From the IMG/VR virus record IMGVR_UViG_3300022742_000086, positions 1 to 34,794 of that record: a stretch of 34,794 nt of DNA, one strand, 5' to 3'. Positions 25,620 to 33,295 of this stretch are shown piece by piece. The stretch comes from a virus. Taxonomy: Duplodnaviria > Caudoviricetes. Both the position numbers and the translations under genes were made by a program. The notes under the pieces were generated by a model. It had not been told where the DNA came from. It searched no databases and was given only the letters and a program-made list of their open reading frames with translations. The stretch's first letter is position 1. Each line of letters begins with the position of its first letter.

Positions 25620-26057
25620 TTAGGCTGAGATTGGCAACTTGACGCCGACGAAATTCAATTTCTGCATAGCTTCGACTACCGTCTCCCCGAACCGCTTCTC
25701 ACGCACAAACGTGTGCACGTTCGGATACCTGTGCACGTTCGGCCTGTGGTGCCAGAAGTCTCTCGGCACCTCCCGCAGAAAATTAACCAGGTCAAAATCG
25801 TAGTAGCGCTCAAGCGCCCGCTTAGACCCAAAGGCATGGTTCCAACACAACACGGGGTAGCCAACCCCATCCCACTGACCTACCTCATGCACCAACTGGC
25901 TGCCACAAAAGCCGCCAGGGTGAGGACCGATGTAACTCACCATTTCACCCGCAGTGACATAAGGCGACCGACTATCTTTGAATGCAGGAACAGTCGCTCC
26001 AGAAGCAATCGCAGCGGCGATCAGTTTCAGAAATCCACGTCTTGAAATCAGCATCAT
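25620..26057 (-). CDS. Hypothetical protein with twin-arginine (Tat) signal peptide
   Basis: SRRGFLK, hydrophobic h-region and V-P-A; lower GC than neighbours; ATGA overlap with terS. Confidence 0.6.
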   Translation of the reverse strand: MMLISRRGFLKLIAAAIASGATVPAFKDSRSPYVTAGEMVSYIGPHPGGFCGSQLVHEVGQWDGVGYPVLCWNHAFGSKRALERYYDFDLVNFLREVPRDFWHHRPNVHRYPNVHTFVREKRFGETVVEAMQKLNFVGVKLPISA

Positions 26058-26524
26058 TCGTCTCCGTCATCAACGACCGCCGCGTCCTGCCAGCGCGACA
26101 GTTTCACCAGGAAGGCCTCATACGAGCCGGCCAGCAGGTCCTCAATTTCCTTGATCGGTTTGCCCGGCACCTCGCGCGCCAGGCGCGCCGGTTCATTGCG
26201 CCACATCTCCCGCGCAGCGATCAGCGCCGCGCGCAGCTTGGGTTCGATCTGGTCCGCCGGCAGCAGCTGGCCGCGCTTCTCCATCAGCTCGATCTCAATC
26301 TTGTCCGCCTGCAGCCGCGCCAGCCGGTCCTGCGGACGCTCGGCCTGGACCTTCCTGACCTCGCGCTGCACGTACCAGGCGATGCAGGCCTCGCTGTCGT
26401 ACTCGCTCGGCACCCCCGGTCGACCGCGCACGGCGATCGGCATGCCCTGGTCCTGCCACTCGACAATCGTCTTCGCCGCGACGCCGAACATCGCGCCCAC
26501 CTGTTCCTGTCCGATGATGCGCAA
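26054..26524 (-). CDS. Terminase small subunit, Nu1-like
   Basis: wHTH FGVAAKTIVEWQDQGMP...YDSEACIAW then coiled coil; TTG start after AGGGAGG. Confidence 0.9.
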   Translation of the reverse strand: MRIIGQEQVGAMFGVAAKTIVEWQDQGMPIAVRGRPGVPSEYDSEACIAWYVQREVRKVQAERPQDRLARLQADKIEIELMEKRGQLLPADQIEPKLRAALIAAREMWRNEPARLAREVPGKPIKEIEDLLAGSYEAFLVKLSRWQDAAVVDDGDE

Positions 26525-26554
26525 CTTACTTACCTCCCTTGGCGTCAGAAAACT

Positions 26555-26610
26555 GGCGAGAAATCGGGGTCGTTTCGCGCCGTATAGGGGTCGGCTGGGA
26601 AGGACCCGCG
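26555..26610 (-). other. Putative cos site (cosQ GGGTCCT and cosN region)
   Basis: Minus strand CGGGTCCTTCC...TACG-GCGCGAAACGAC upstream of terS; GGGTCCT (26601-26607) equals lambda cosQ. Confidence 0.7.
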
Positions 26611-26632
26611 AGGGGGGGGTGGGGGGGGTGGG

Positions 26633-27250
26633 TCATCGGACGAAGCCCTTCAGGATCGCGCCGACCTCGCGGTCGAAGTTCGCGGCGAATCGCTGCAGCA
26701 TGACGCTGCGGATCGCGCCGTTGATCCGCTTGGTGTTGAACATCTGGCGGACATCGATCGTGGTTTTGGTCGCGATGGGCATGCGGTCTTTGCCCTCGCG
26801 AACGAATACCGCCGTGCCGCCTGTCCGCTTGTTCGTTGCGATGAAGGCGCCGGGTATCTGCTTCCGACCGCCCCCGCGCTTGATCTGGAAGTTCAGCTGC
26901 CGCATCTTGCCCTTGGCCGTGCGCTTTGGCTGGCCGCCGACCACGAACGCGATCAGGTTCATCCCACGGGATTCGTCGCTACCGAACAGGCCATTCTCCT
27001 GGGTAGCGAGCAGCGAGGCCGACAGCCGCAACTGCCCCTTGACGGTCGCCCTGGTGATCGCCAGCCGGCGCTTGACGTCACCCACGCGCACCCGGTATTC
27101 GGCGCTGATCGCACGGGCCATCTCTGCCCGGCCCTGCTCTACCGTCTTGTTGAGCGCGCGAGCCATGGCCTTGTTGGCGATCTCGTCCGGCAGCTTTTCC
27201 AGGCGGCGGGAGACCTCGGGGAAGTTGTTGCGGATCGACAGCTTGATCAT
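26633..27250 (-). CDS. Minor tail protein Z-like
   Basis: ARALNKT, IPGAFIA and VFVREGKDRMPI motifs; very basic. Confidence 0.75.
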   Translation of the reverse strand: MIKLSIRNNFPEVSRRLEKLPDEIANKAMARALNKTVEQGRAEMARAISAEYRVRVGDVKRRLAITRATVKGQLRLSASLLATQENGLFGSDESRGMNLIAFVVGGQPKRTAKGKMRQLNFQIKRGGGRKQIPGAFIATNKRTGGTAVFVREGKDRMPIATKTTIDVRQMFNTKRINGAIRSVMLQRFAANFDREVGAILKGFVR

Positions 27251-27489
27251 CGCGCACCCCGCTTTTTTGGCAGGGCCATCGGGCCGACCAGCGTTTCGGA
27301 CAGTTTGATGCCCGGCGCCGAGTTGTCGGGCGTGCCGATCTCGTGGCCATTTTCCGATGCAAAAAACGTCGGCTTGCCATTGATGCCCGCGCGGATCTGC
27401 GCATCGACCATGTCTTTGCCAAAAACGGCGCGCCACTCGTCGACAATCGCGGCGACGGTCGGCATTTCGTCGCGGAGAGACTTGCTCAT
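27247..27489 (-). CDS. Hypothetical phage protein
   Basis: 80 aa; FFASENGHEIGT; stop overlaps the next start. Confidence 0.7.
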   Translation of the reverse strand: MSKSLRDEMPTVAAIVDEWRAVFGKDMVDAQIRAGINGKPTFFASENGHEIGTPDNSAPGIKLSETLVGPMALPKKRGAR

Positions 27490-27503
27490 ACGCCCCCCCG
27501 CTG

Positions 27504-27780
27504 CCGGTGTCCTACCTCGGCAAAAAGGTGTCCCACCTCAGAAACGAGGTAGGACACCGGAAACCCGCGTGGTTGCGTGTGGTGTCCTACCGTCCTACCT
27601 GAATCCTCGTGTGTGTGTACGCGTATACGTACGCGCACCCGCACGCGCAGGGGGGGCTCAGGTGGGGTCACCGGGACACGCCCAGTGTTGGCGGGCGTTT
27701 CCGGTGTCCCACCCGGTGTCCCACCTCGGCACAGGTGGGACACTCCTAGAAGCGACGCGGCTTTTCGGTGTCCTACCTGT
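27504..27780. repeat. Putative replication origin: GGTGTCC(C/T)ACC(T) iterons in both orientations around an alternating purine-pyrimidine tract
   Basis: Direct copies at 27506, 27527, 27581, 27592 (partial), 27703, 27715, 27767; inverted at 27547 and 27733; RY tract 27608-27637; directly downstream of VapE. Confidence 0.75.
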
Positions 27781-27789
27781 TTCGTGCAA

Positions 27790-29208
27790 TCAGATCGGAA
27801 GATCATCTGCCTGCTCCAGTATAGCCGTTCCGAAGCTCGGCGTCGCGGCGTCAGCCGGCGGCACGAAAGCCCAGAAGCGTGCATTTTTCGGGCCAACCTT
27901 CTGGCGCTTGAATCCCAGCCGTCTCAAAATGGCGCCGGCCCGCATCTGCTCCGGCTTGCTCCATCGCGCCGTATCAAGGCCGAGGGCACTCCCGAGGATG
28001 TCTGCCGTAGTCACATATTCAAGGCGATTGTTTTGCCGGAGCCAGTCCTGCACCTTGTAGCTCCAAGCGTCGATTGACATGCGCTCCTCGGCCTGTCGGT
28101 CGAAGAGGTCGCGCTCGTTGATCGGCTCGTCAAAGAGCCCGGCAAAAGGCTCCTTGGCCGGGTCGATCACGATCACCTCTTTGTCGACCCACCAGCGCGC
28201 CTTGCGGTGGTAGTAATGCACCGCTTCCGCCCATAGCTGGTCGCGGTCGTCGGCGACCTTCTGGCGGTCGATATACCCGACCGTCGCCGGCCAGATACGC
28301 CGCATGCCAGTCTCGTCTTTGCCGTACTCGTCCATGTTGGTCGTGCCGCAGAACACCGACTGACGCGGCACGTCTTCGGCGCGCCGGCCGTAATGCCAGC
28401 GCACCCGGTCGACCTGGGACGACATGAACTGCTTGAAAGCCGTCGCATCGGCCTTGCCGTGCGAATCCATCTCGGCCATCTCATAGCACCACTTTCCCTG
28501 CATCTGCGCCAGCGCATCCTTATCGCCGACGACGAGCTTGCTGTCGCTGAACCACTCCGCACCGAACAGCACGCGCAGGGTCGAGGATTTGAACTCCCCT
28601 TGCCCGCCCTCCAGGACGACCATCGTGTCGAGCTTGCAGCCAGGTTCCATCACCCGCGCCACCGCGCCCACCAGCCACTTGATCGACAGCAGCCGCAAAT
28701 ACACCGCCAGTTCGATCATTTCCGCCTCCCCCAGCGAAGCTGTTGAAGGGGTAGAAATGGCGCCGAAATAATTGGCCATCAGGCCCGGCAGGCGGGCAAC
28801 GCCATCCCAGGTCAAGCCCTCCAGGTACTCACGGACCGGGTGAAATGCGTACTGATGCGCCACGGCGAGCACAGCATCCATGACGAGATTCTTTTTCGGC
28901 TCGAAACCGAACTCTTCGGAGATGTAGGCCAGCGCCTGGACGTCGTCCAGGTCGGACCACTCGCCGACTTTGGAAACCCGCGTCGGGGGCGGCTTGCGCT
29001 TGACGATGCGATACGCGAACTCGTCAAAGGCGATCACCCCCTGCCACGGCTTGTCGTTTTCCAGCACCAGCAGCGAGTTGTACAAGGTCGGCAGCGTCTT
29101 CCCGTCCTTGTTCTCGCGCAGGTTGTCCATCCATGCGGCCTTCTCGAAGGCATCCGCCTTGGCCTGCTCGATGGCATCGTCGACGGCTTTCGTTGTCGGG
29201 TCAGTCAA
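27790..29208 (-). CDS. VapE-family helicase/ATPase
   Basis: FHPVREYL..L.WDGVARL, PGCKLD, LEGGQGEFKSS (Walker A), GTTN and DETGMRR. Confidence 0.92.
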   Translation of the reverse strand: MTDPTTKAVDDAIEQAKADAFEKAAWMDNLRENKDGKTLPTLYNSLLVLENDKPWQGVIAFDEFAYRIVKRKPPPTRVSKVGEWSDLDDVQALAYISEEFGFEPKKNLVMDAVLAVAHQYAFHPVREYLEGLTWDGVARLPGLMANYFGAISTPSTASLGEAEMIELAVYLRLLSIKWLVGAVARVMEPGCKLDTMVVLEGGQGEFKSSTLRVLFGAEWFSDSKLVVGDKDALAQMQGKWCYEMAEMDSHGKADATAFKQFMSSQVDRVRWHYGRRAEDVPRQSVFCGTTNMDEYGKDETGMRRIWPATVGYIDRQKVADDRDQLWAEAVHYYHRKARWWVDKEVIVIDPAKEPFAGLFDEPINERDLFDRQAEERMSIDAWSYKVQDWLRQNNRLEYVTTADILGSALGLDTARWSKPEQMRAGAILRRLGFKRQKVGPKNARFWAFVPPADAATPSFGTAILEQADDLPI

Positions 29209-29711
29209 GCGGCCTCCCCGAGTAGCGCCACCAGGAAGGCTTCGCGGGCCGGATCATAATCGGCGGATCGATACGGCCCGATCTGCTGTGCCAGCGAATA
29301 CATCCGGTACGCGCGTACCGCTGCCGCAAGGCCCCGCAGCGGCACCGGATCGCCATCGGTTACCCAGCTGCGCCCCACCCGATCCAGGCGGGAAAATCCA
29401 TCCTCGAATTCGGCCCAGATCGACGCCGGCTGATATAGCGATAGCGAATCGGCCACGGCATACAGCACGTCGTCGTCGCAATCGCCGCACAGCACCACGT
29501 CGAGATGCAGCGCGCAATCAAAGCGCAGCAGGTCCGCCGGCTGGTCCGGCGGCACGACCACGCGGGCGACCTCGGCGCGCTCGCCGAACCATTTCCCGGC
29601 CCGCCAGGAATGGATAGCCACCACCAGCAACCCGATCCGATCACCTGCCTGCCGGCGGGCAATCACATCGCGAGAAAAGGCCGGATGCTTGCGCCTGGTC
29701 GGCTTGCTCAT
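29205..29711 (-). CDS. Hypothetical protein coupled to VapE
   Basis: 168 aa with 4-bp overlaps at both ends. Confidence 0.7.
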   Translation of the reverse strand: MSKPTRRKHPAFSRDVIARRQAGDRIGLLVVAIHSWRAGKWFGERAEVARVVVPPDQPADLLRFDCALHLDVVLCGDCDDDVLYAVADSLSLYQPASIWAEFEDGFSRLDRVGRSWVTDGDPVPLRGLAAAVRAYRMYSLAQQIGPYRSADYDPAREAFLVALLGEAA

Positions 29712-30205
29712 TTTCCGCCGACACGCGACAAGTGGATCGGATCGCTGGCCGCCGGCACCTCGCGCACCAGACCTTCAAGCTCGCGCAGGCACTGCGCAAC
29801 GGCCGCAATCGTCCGTCGACCGCGCAGGGAAATCCCCGCAAATTCGGCGGGATCGATGATGCCGTCCGCCCTGGCCTCAGTGAACTCCCGGGACAATTCG
29901 CCCATCTGCCGGATGATGTCCAGGTACGACTGCAGCACGTCGTCGTCGGTCGGCGACCCTGCCGCGACCGGCAGAAACACGCCATCGAACTGCTCGCAAA
30001 CGGCCTCGACATAGGCCGTCGACCGCACCGACTTCGCCAGCGCAATCGCCTCGCGCGCCGTCACCTCGTAATGCGGCATAGCCTCCGAAAACTTGTTGTG
30101 CAGATGCCCGGGCGAGCGCCCTACCACCTTTGCCGCCGCGGTAATACCGCCCTCCGACGCCAGTAGCGCCGCATGCAAAACATCGATCGGATCACGCTGA
30201 GACAT
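29708..30205 (-). CDS. CII-like phage regulatory protein
   Basis: GGITAAAKVVGRSPGHLHNKF HTH and ADGIIDPAE motif; SD GGGGAG. Confidence 0.8.
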   Translation of the reverse strand: MSQRDPIDVLHAALLASEGGITAAAKVVGRSPGHLHNKFSEAMPHYEVTAREAIALAKSVRSTAYVEAVCEQFDGVFLPVAAGSPTDDDVLQSYLDIIRQMGELSREFTEARADGIIDPAEFAGISLRGRRTIAAVAQCLRELEGLVREVPAASDPIHLSRVGGK

Positions 30206-30260
30206 GACCACTCCCCCTCAGTAAACACGCCCGGGCTGCGCTGGCAACATAGGCGTCGAG

Positions 30261-30310
30261 AAAAGCCCCGGACCCGAAGGCCCGGGGAGAAAGCCCGGCG
30301 AGGCCGGGGC
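30261..30310 (-). terminator. Tandem GC hairpins with short U-runs upstream of the CII-like gene
   Basis: Minus strand GCCCCGGCCTCGCCGGGC-TTTCT-CCCCGGGCCTTCGGGTCCGGGGC-TTTT. Confidence 0.5.
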
Positions 30311-30390
30311 GCAAGGAAACGGGTGGAGGCCCCCAGACATGACAGAATCCGCTTTGCACAGACAGACCGCTGACCACAAAAGGAACCCCC

Positions 30391-30702
30391 ATGACACTCG
30401 ACGACCGCCTGACGGCCTTGGAAAATGCGCTATCCCGCGAGACCGGGAAACGGAAAATGCTCGTCGCGGAAGTGCTGGTACTGCGTGCGGCACTCATTGG
30501 CATCACCATCACCGAAGACGCCTCAGGCGCCGGACATACCACAGCGAAATCCCGAGCGATGGATCGATTGGCGGCCCACTTGATCGCGGCCGAATACCCG
30601 CCGGCCGAGGCGCAAGAAGCGCTAGCGCTACTCGAAGACACGTTTTACGAAATCGACGCGGCGCGAACCGCAGCGGATCAGCCATCGCCGCCGCTTTCGT
30701 AG
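30391..30702 (+). CDS. Counter-oriented hypothetical protein
   Basis: 103 aa, SD AAAGGA, helical. Confidence 0.7.
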   Translation: MTLDDRLTALENALSRETGKRKMLVAEVLVLRAALIGITITEDASGAGHTTAKSRAMDRLAAHLIAAEYPPAEAQEALALLEDTFYEIDAARTAADQPSPPLS

Positions 30703-30774
30703 GGTCGCGGGCGAGCCATTCCAATCGGGTAAGATTCAGTTTCCACGCTCAACCCAACCCGAAAGGAATGACTC

Positions 30775-30951
30775 ATGAGGACCAGCGACGCACAAACGCA
30801 CTTCGAGCAAGCTATCGATATTGCCAAGGCCAACAACGACGCCTTCGCGGAACAACTGGCGCTCGGCATGATCGACTTGCTCAAATCGATCAGGGCCGAA
30901 CTGCATCAGCACCGACAGCAGCTCGACCGGATTCAGCGCCAGACGAACTAG
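30775..30951 (+). CDS. Counter-oriented small protein (58 aa, not in the ORF track)
   Basis: MRTSDAQTHFEQAIDIAKANNDAFAEQLALGMIDLLKSIRAELHQHRQQLDRIQRQTN; SD AAAGGA; TAAGAT at 30730-30735. Confidence 0.65.
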   Translation: MRTSDAQTHFEQAIDIAKANNDAFAEQLALGMIDLLKSIRAELHQHRQQLDRIQRQTN

Positions 30952-31294
30952 CGGCGCGGATCGTCCCGATCGCGCAGGCCACCGCCGCCGACACCGACAA
31001 CACCAGTTCCGCCGGCGGTGCTGAAACGTCCCGGCAATCCAGCGCCGCGACCACAATCGCCTGCACGCAACGCAGGGCTTCGACTTCAAGTGAATCGGTC
31101 ATTTCATTTCCCTCTATCTGGTTAAAAAAACCTGCTGCCATCGCTGGCAATCCGGCAAGCCATTGCTGCACAAGCCGCCGTCGAGGCAGAGACGTTGCTG
31201 CGAAAGAATCCATTGACAAATCACTAAGCCGCGAGACGCCATCCCAGGACGGAAGTCGGCAGCCTGCCAGTCGGTTTGTTTTGCTCATCACCAT
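30890..31294 (-). CDS. Hypothetical protein downstream of cro (start uncertain: 31294, 31288 or 31102)
   Basis: Open frame starting just after the cro stop; internal SD-like GAGGG before ATG 31102. Confidence 0.35.
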   Translation of the reverse strand: MVMSKTNRLAGCRLPSWDGVSRLSDLSMDSFAATSLPRRRLVQQWLAGLPAMAAGFFNQIEGNEMTDSLEVEALRCVQAIVVAALDCRDVSAPPAELVLSVSAAVACAIGTIRAASSSGAESGRAAVGADAVRP

Positions 31295-31295
31295 C

Positions 31296-31523
31296 TCAGG
31301 CCTCCACCGCCTGCTCTGCATCGGCCGGCATCGCGTCGGTCGGGTTCGGGTAAAGATCGGGCCGCAGCTGATGCGGGGTTTTTCTCCAGCCGATGACCGA
31401 GCAAACAAACAGGACACGCTCAGCCGGCACGCCGGATCTATCCCACTTTCGGACAGCTTCGCGGGATACCCGAAAGGCAATAGCAGCCTCGGAAAACGAC
31501 GGGAAAAGGTCAGGAACTAACAT
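31296..31523 (-). CDS. cro: Cro-like repressor (YdaS type)
   Basis: AAIAFRVSREAVRKW...VPAER...QLRPDLY; divergent from cI. Confidence 0.85.
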   Translation of the reverse strand: MLVPDLFPSFSEAAIAFRVSREAVRKWDRSGVPAERVLFVCSVIGWRKTPHQLRPDLYPNPTDAMPADAEQAVEA

Positions 31524-31606
31524 GGCGCGAAGTATCGCAACCGATAGTTGTCATGTCAACAACTGAAACGTGCGAACGAACTAGGTAATCTGCAACTTAT
31601 GGTTGT
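31524..31606. promoter_or_regulatory. Right operator/promoter region: PR TTGACA-17-GATACT (minus), PRM -10 TAATCT (plus), GCAAC-N5-GTTG operators
   Basis: -35 at 31554-31559, -10 at 31531-31536; TAATCT at 31586-31591; operators at 31537-31550 and 31592-31605. Confidence 0.8.
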
Positions 31607-32060
31607 CTCGACAAAAGAAGACTTCGCACGGCGCCTGCACAAGGCCTGCGACAATGCATCCCCGCCTCTTACTCAGGGACGAGGAAGGCGCGCCGAACTC
31701 GTCCGCCGGGTATCTGCCGTCGGCATGCTTGTATCAGGAGAAGCTGTGCGCAAATGGCTATCGGGAGAATCCATCCCAGCCATGGATAGCGTTCGGCACA
31801 TCGCAAAAGCCCTTGGCGTTGACACTGATTGGCTGCTAACAGGCCGGTGTGTCGAAGCAGGTATAAAAAGGCCTGGAATCGTCGCGAAAGAACCAGACGC
31901 GCCCATCTACGAACTACTGCCGCAGTCGATACTCGACGTTGTCGAGATCATGCGTGATCTTGACCAGAGCTATCAATCCAAGGTGCTCTTTGCGGCCCAG
32001 CTGGCGAAACACGAGCAAAGCCAGGAACGCAGTCGAAACTCTTCGGCGCGCGTCGGATAG
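31599..32060 (+). CDS. cI: CI-like XRE repressor lacking an S24 autoprotease domain
   Basis: VSGEAVRKWLSGESIP...IAKALGVDTDWLLTG; 153 aa with a short helical C-terminus. Confidence 0.85.
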   Translation: MVVSTKEDFARRLHKACDNASPPLTQGRGRRAELVRRVSAVGMLVSGEAVRKWLSGESIPAMDSVRHIAKALGVDTDWLLTGRCVEAGIKRPGIVAKEPDAPIYELLPQSILDVVEIMRDLDQSYQSKVLFAAQLAKHEQSQERSRNSSARVG

Positions 32061-32092
32061 CAGTCCCGCTCCAGACGCGCGAAGCCGGGGAT

Positions 32093-32170
32093 ATGACTAA
32101 CGTCATATTGCTTTCGGAGTGGAAGTCTCGTAGATTTGATCGGTTCAGTGAGACGCACGGGGATCGATGA
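32093..32170 (+). CDS. Possible 25-aa peptide in the immunity operon
   Basis: MTNVILLSEWKSRRFDRFSETHGDR; its stop abuts the lipoprotein ATG. Confidence 0.35.
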   Translation: MTNVILLSEWKSRRFDRFSETHGDR

Positions 32171-32455
32171 ATGAAACGACTTATTTTTTCGCTTGCCATC
32201 GCCTTGTCGGCTTGTGCCGGCACCCCATTCCAATGGTCCGATGCCCGCCGAATTGAAGCCGGCATGACAAAGCAACAGGTCACCGGACTCCTCGGAGCAC
32301 CGACCAGGGTCGCGACGATCCCGAGCGATGGAACGCGATACGTATGGGTATGGGTCAACGGCTTGACCGCATCGAATCGCAGCCTTGTCATTGATTTTGA
32401 CAGTACGGGGCGAGTCATCAAGGCTCCACCAATTCCAGACGAATTCCAGGACTGA
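32171..32455 (+). CDS. BamE/SmpA-like lipoprotein, candidate superinfection exclusion factor
   Basis: Lipobox LSA-C; GMTKQQVTGLLGAP motif; in the same unit as cI. Confidence 0.8.
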   Translation: MKRLIFSLAIALSACAGTPFQWSDARRIEAGMTKQQVTGLLGAPTRVATIPSDGTRYVWVWVNGLTASNRSLVIDFDSTGRVIKAPPIPDEFQD

Positions 32456-32461
32456 CCAAAC

Positions 32462-32487
32462 AACCGCCGCGACCGGCGGTTTTTTTT
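32462..32487 (+). terminator. Intrinsic terminator of the cI-lipoprotein transcript
   Basis: aaccgccg-cgac-cggcggtt followed by a T-run. Confidence 0.9.
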
Positions 32488-32497
32488 CGCCACAATC

Positions 32498-32556
32498 GCA
32501 ACTTTCGGTTGTTGACATCGGAAAAATTCGGGTGATAATCCGCAACCGTTAGTTGC
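32498..32556 (+). promoter_or_regulatory. PL-like promoter TTGACA-16-GATAAT flanked by two GCAAC-N5-GTTG operators
   Basis: Operators at 32498-32511 and 32542-32555; -35 at 32512-32517; -10 at 32534-32539. Confidence 0.85.
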
Positions 32557-32576
32557 CATTCACCCCGGAGGTCACC

Positions 32577-32894
32577 ATGCCCGACAAGATCATCACCACC
32601 CCGAGCCCATTCCAGCAGGTCGGCGAGCAACAGGTTTTTCGTCGCCACAGGATGACATCGGCCAATGGCCGGGCAGTACGGCCCGGCGTCGATAACAAAT
32701 GCGTCACCGGCTACCACCAGCTCTGGCACGGGTATGACCTGGCCGGAGAAACCAGCCAGCATGACACCGATGTTGCAGCGGCGCCGCTCGATGCGCCTGA
32801 CTACATTCCCGGAGGCGGGTGCAGGGCCGAATTCTCGGGCGGTGAAAGCAATCTGACCCGTCACTGCTCTCAGATGGTCGTTAGGAGAGGGTGA
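32577..32894 (+). CDS. First early-left ORF, hypothetical
   Basis: SD GGAGG before ATG 32577; an antisense ORF (32418-32864) competes. Confidence 0.45.
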   Translation: MPDKIITTPSPFQQVGEQQVFRRHRMTSANGRAVRPGVDNKCVTGYHQLWHGYDLAGETSQHDTDVAAAPLDAPDYIPGGGCRAEFSGGESNLTRHCSQMVVRRG

Positions 32895-32896
32895 TC

Positions 32897-33295
32897 ATGT
32901 CGCTCAAGATCATCACCCCCGACCGCGCCCTGCGCGCGATCCAGAGCAAGCTGGAAAAGCTCGAACTGGCGCACCTGCGCAAATTCATCGTGCAGCAAGA
33001 AGAGCGCATCGAGGCGCTTGAGCATGACCTGCAGAATGCCCACTCCGATGCGGACGGCTGGCGGCAGGACTGGTTTGATCTGGCGCACGGCATCGCCGAA
33101 GAAACCGGCGCCGCCATCGCCATGACCAAAGACGGCCAGGTCGGCCTGGTCGACCGCCGCGACGCCCTGATCCGCAAGATTGCCGGGCTCAATCCGGCCG
33201 CCGGAGAAATCGGCGACGGGATGCTGAACTACCTGGTCGGCGAAGCCAACATCCTGATCGGCAACACCGAGTCGCCGGAAGGCGGTGCCGCATGA
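32897..33295 (+). CDS. Hypothetical coiled-coil early protein
   Basis: SD AGGAGAGG; GC3-rich codons. Confidence 0.75.
   Translation: MSLKIITPDRALRAIQSKLEKLELAHLRKFIVQQEERIEALEHDLQNAHSDADGWRQDWFDLAHGIAEETGAAIAMTKDGQVGLVDRRDALIRKIAGLNPAAGEIGDGMLNYLVGEANILIGNTESPEGGAA

Noticed and set aside
27504-27780. Repeat cluster as a CRISPR array
   Set aside because: Units are only 11-12 bp, irregularly spaced, in both orientations, with no cas genes.
27486-27896. 136-aa ORF across the origin
   Set aside because: Its translation simply mirrors the iterons (VGH repeats); probably non-coding.
30339-31520. 393-aa plus-strand ORF
   Set aside because: Low-complexity Arg/Ser-rich translation overlapping cro and better-supported small genes.
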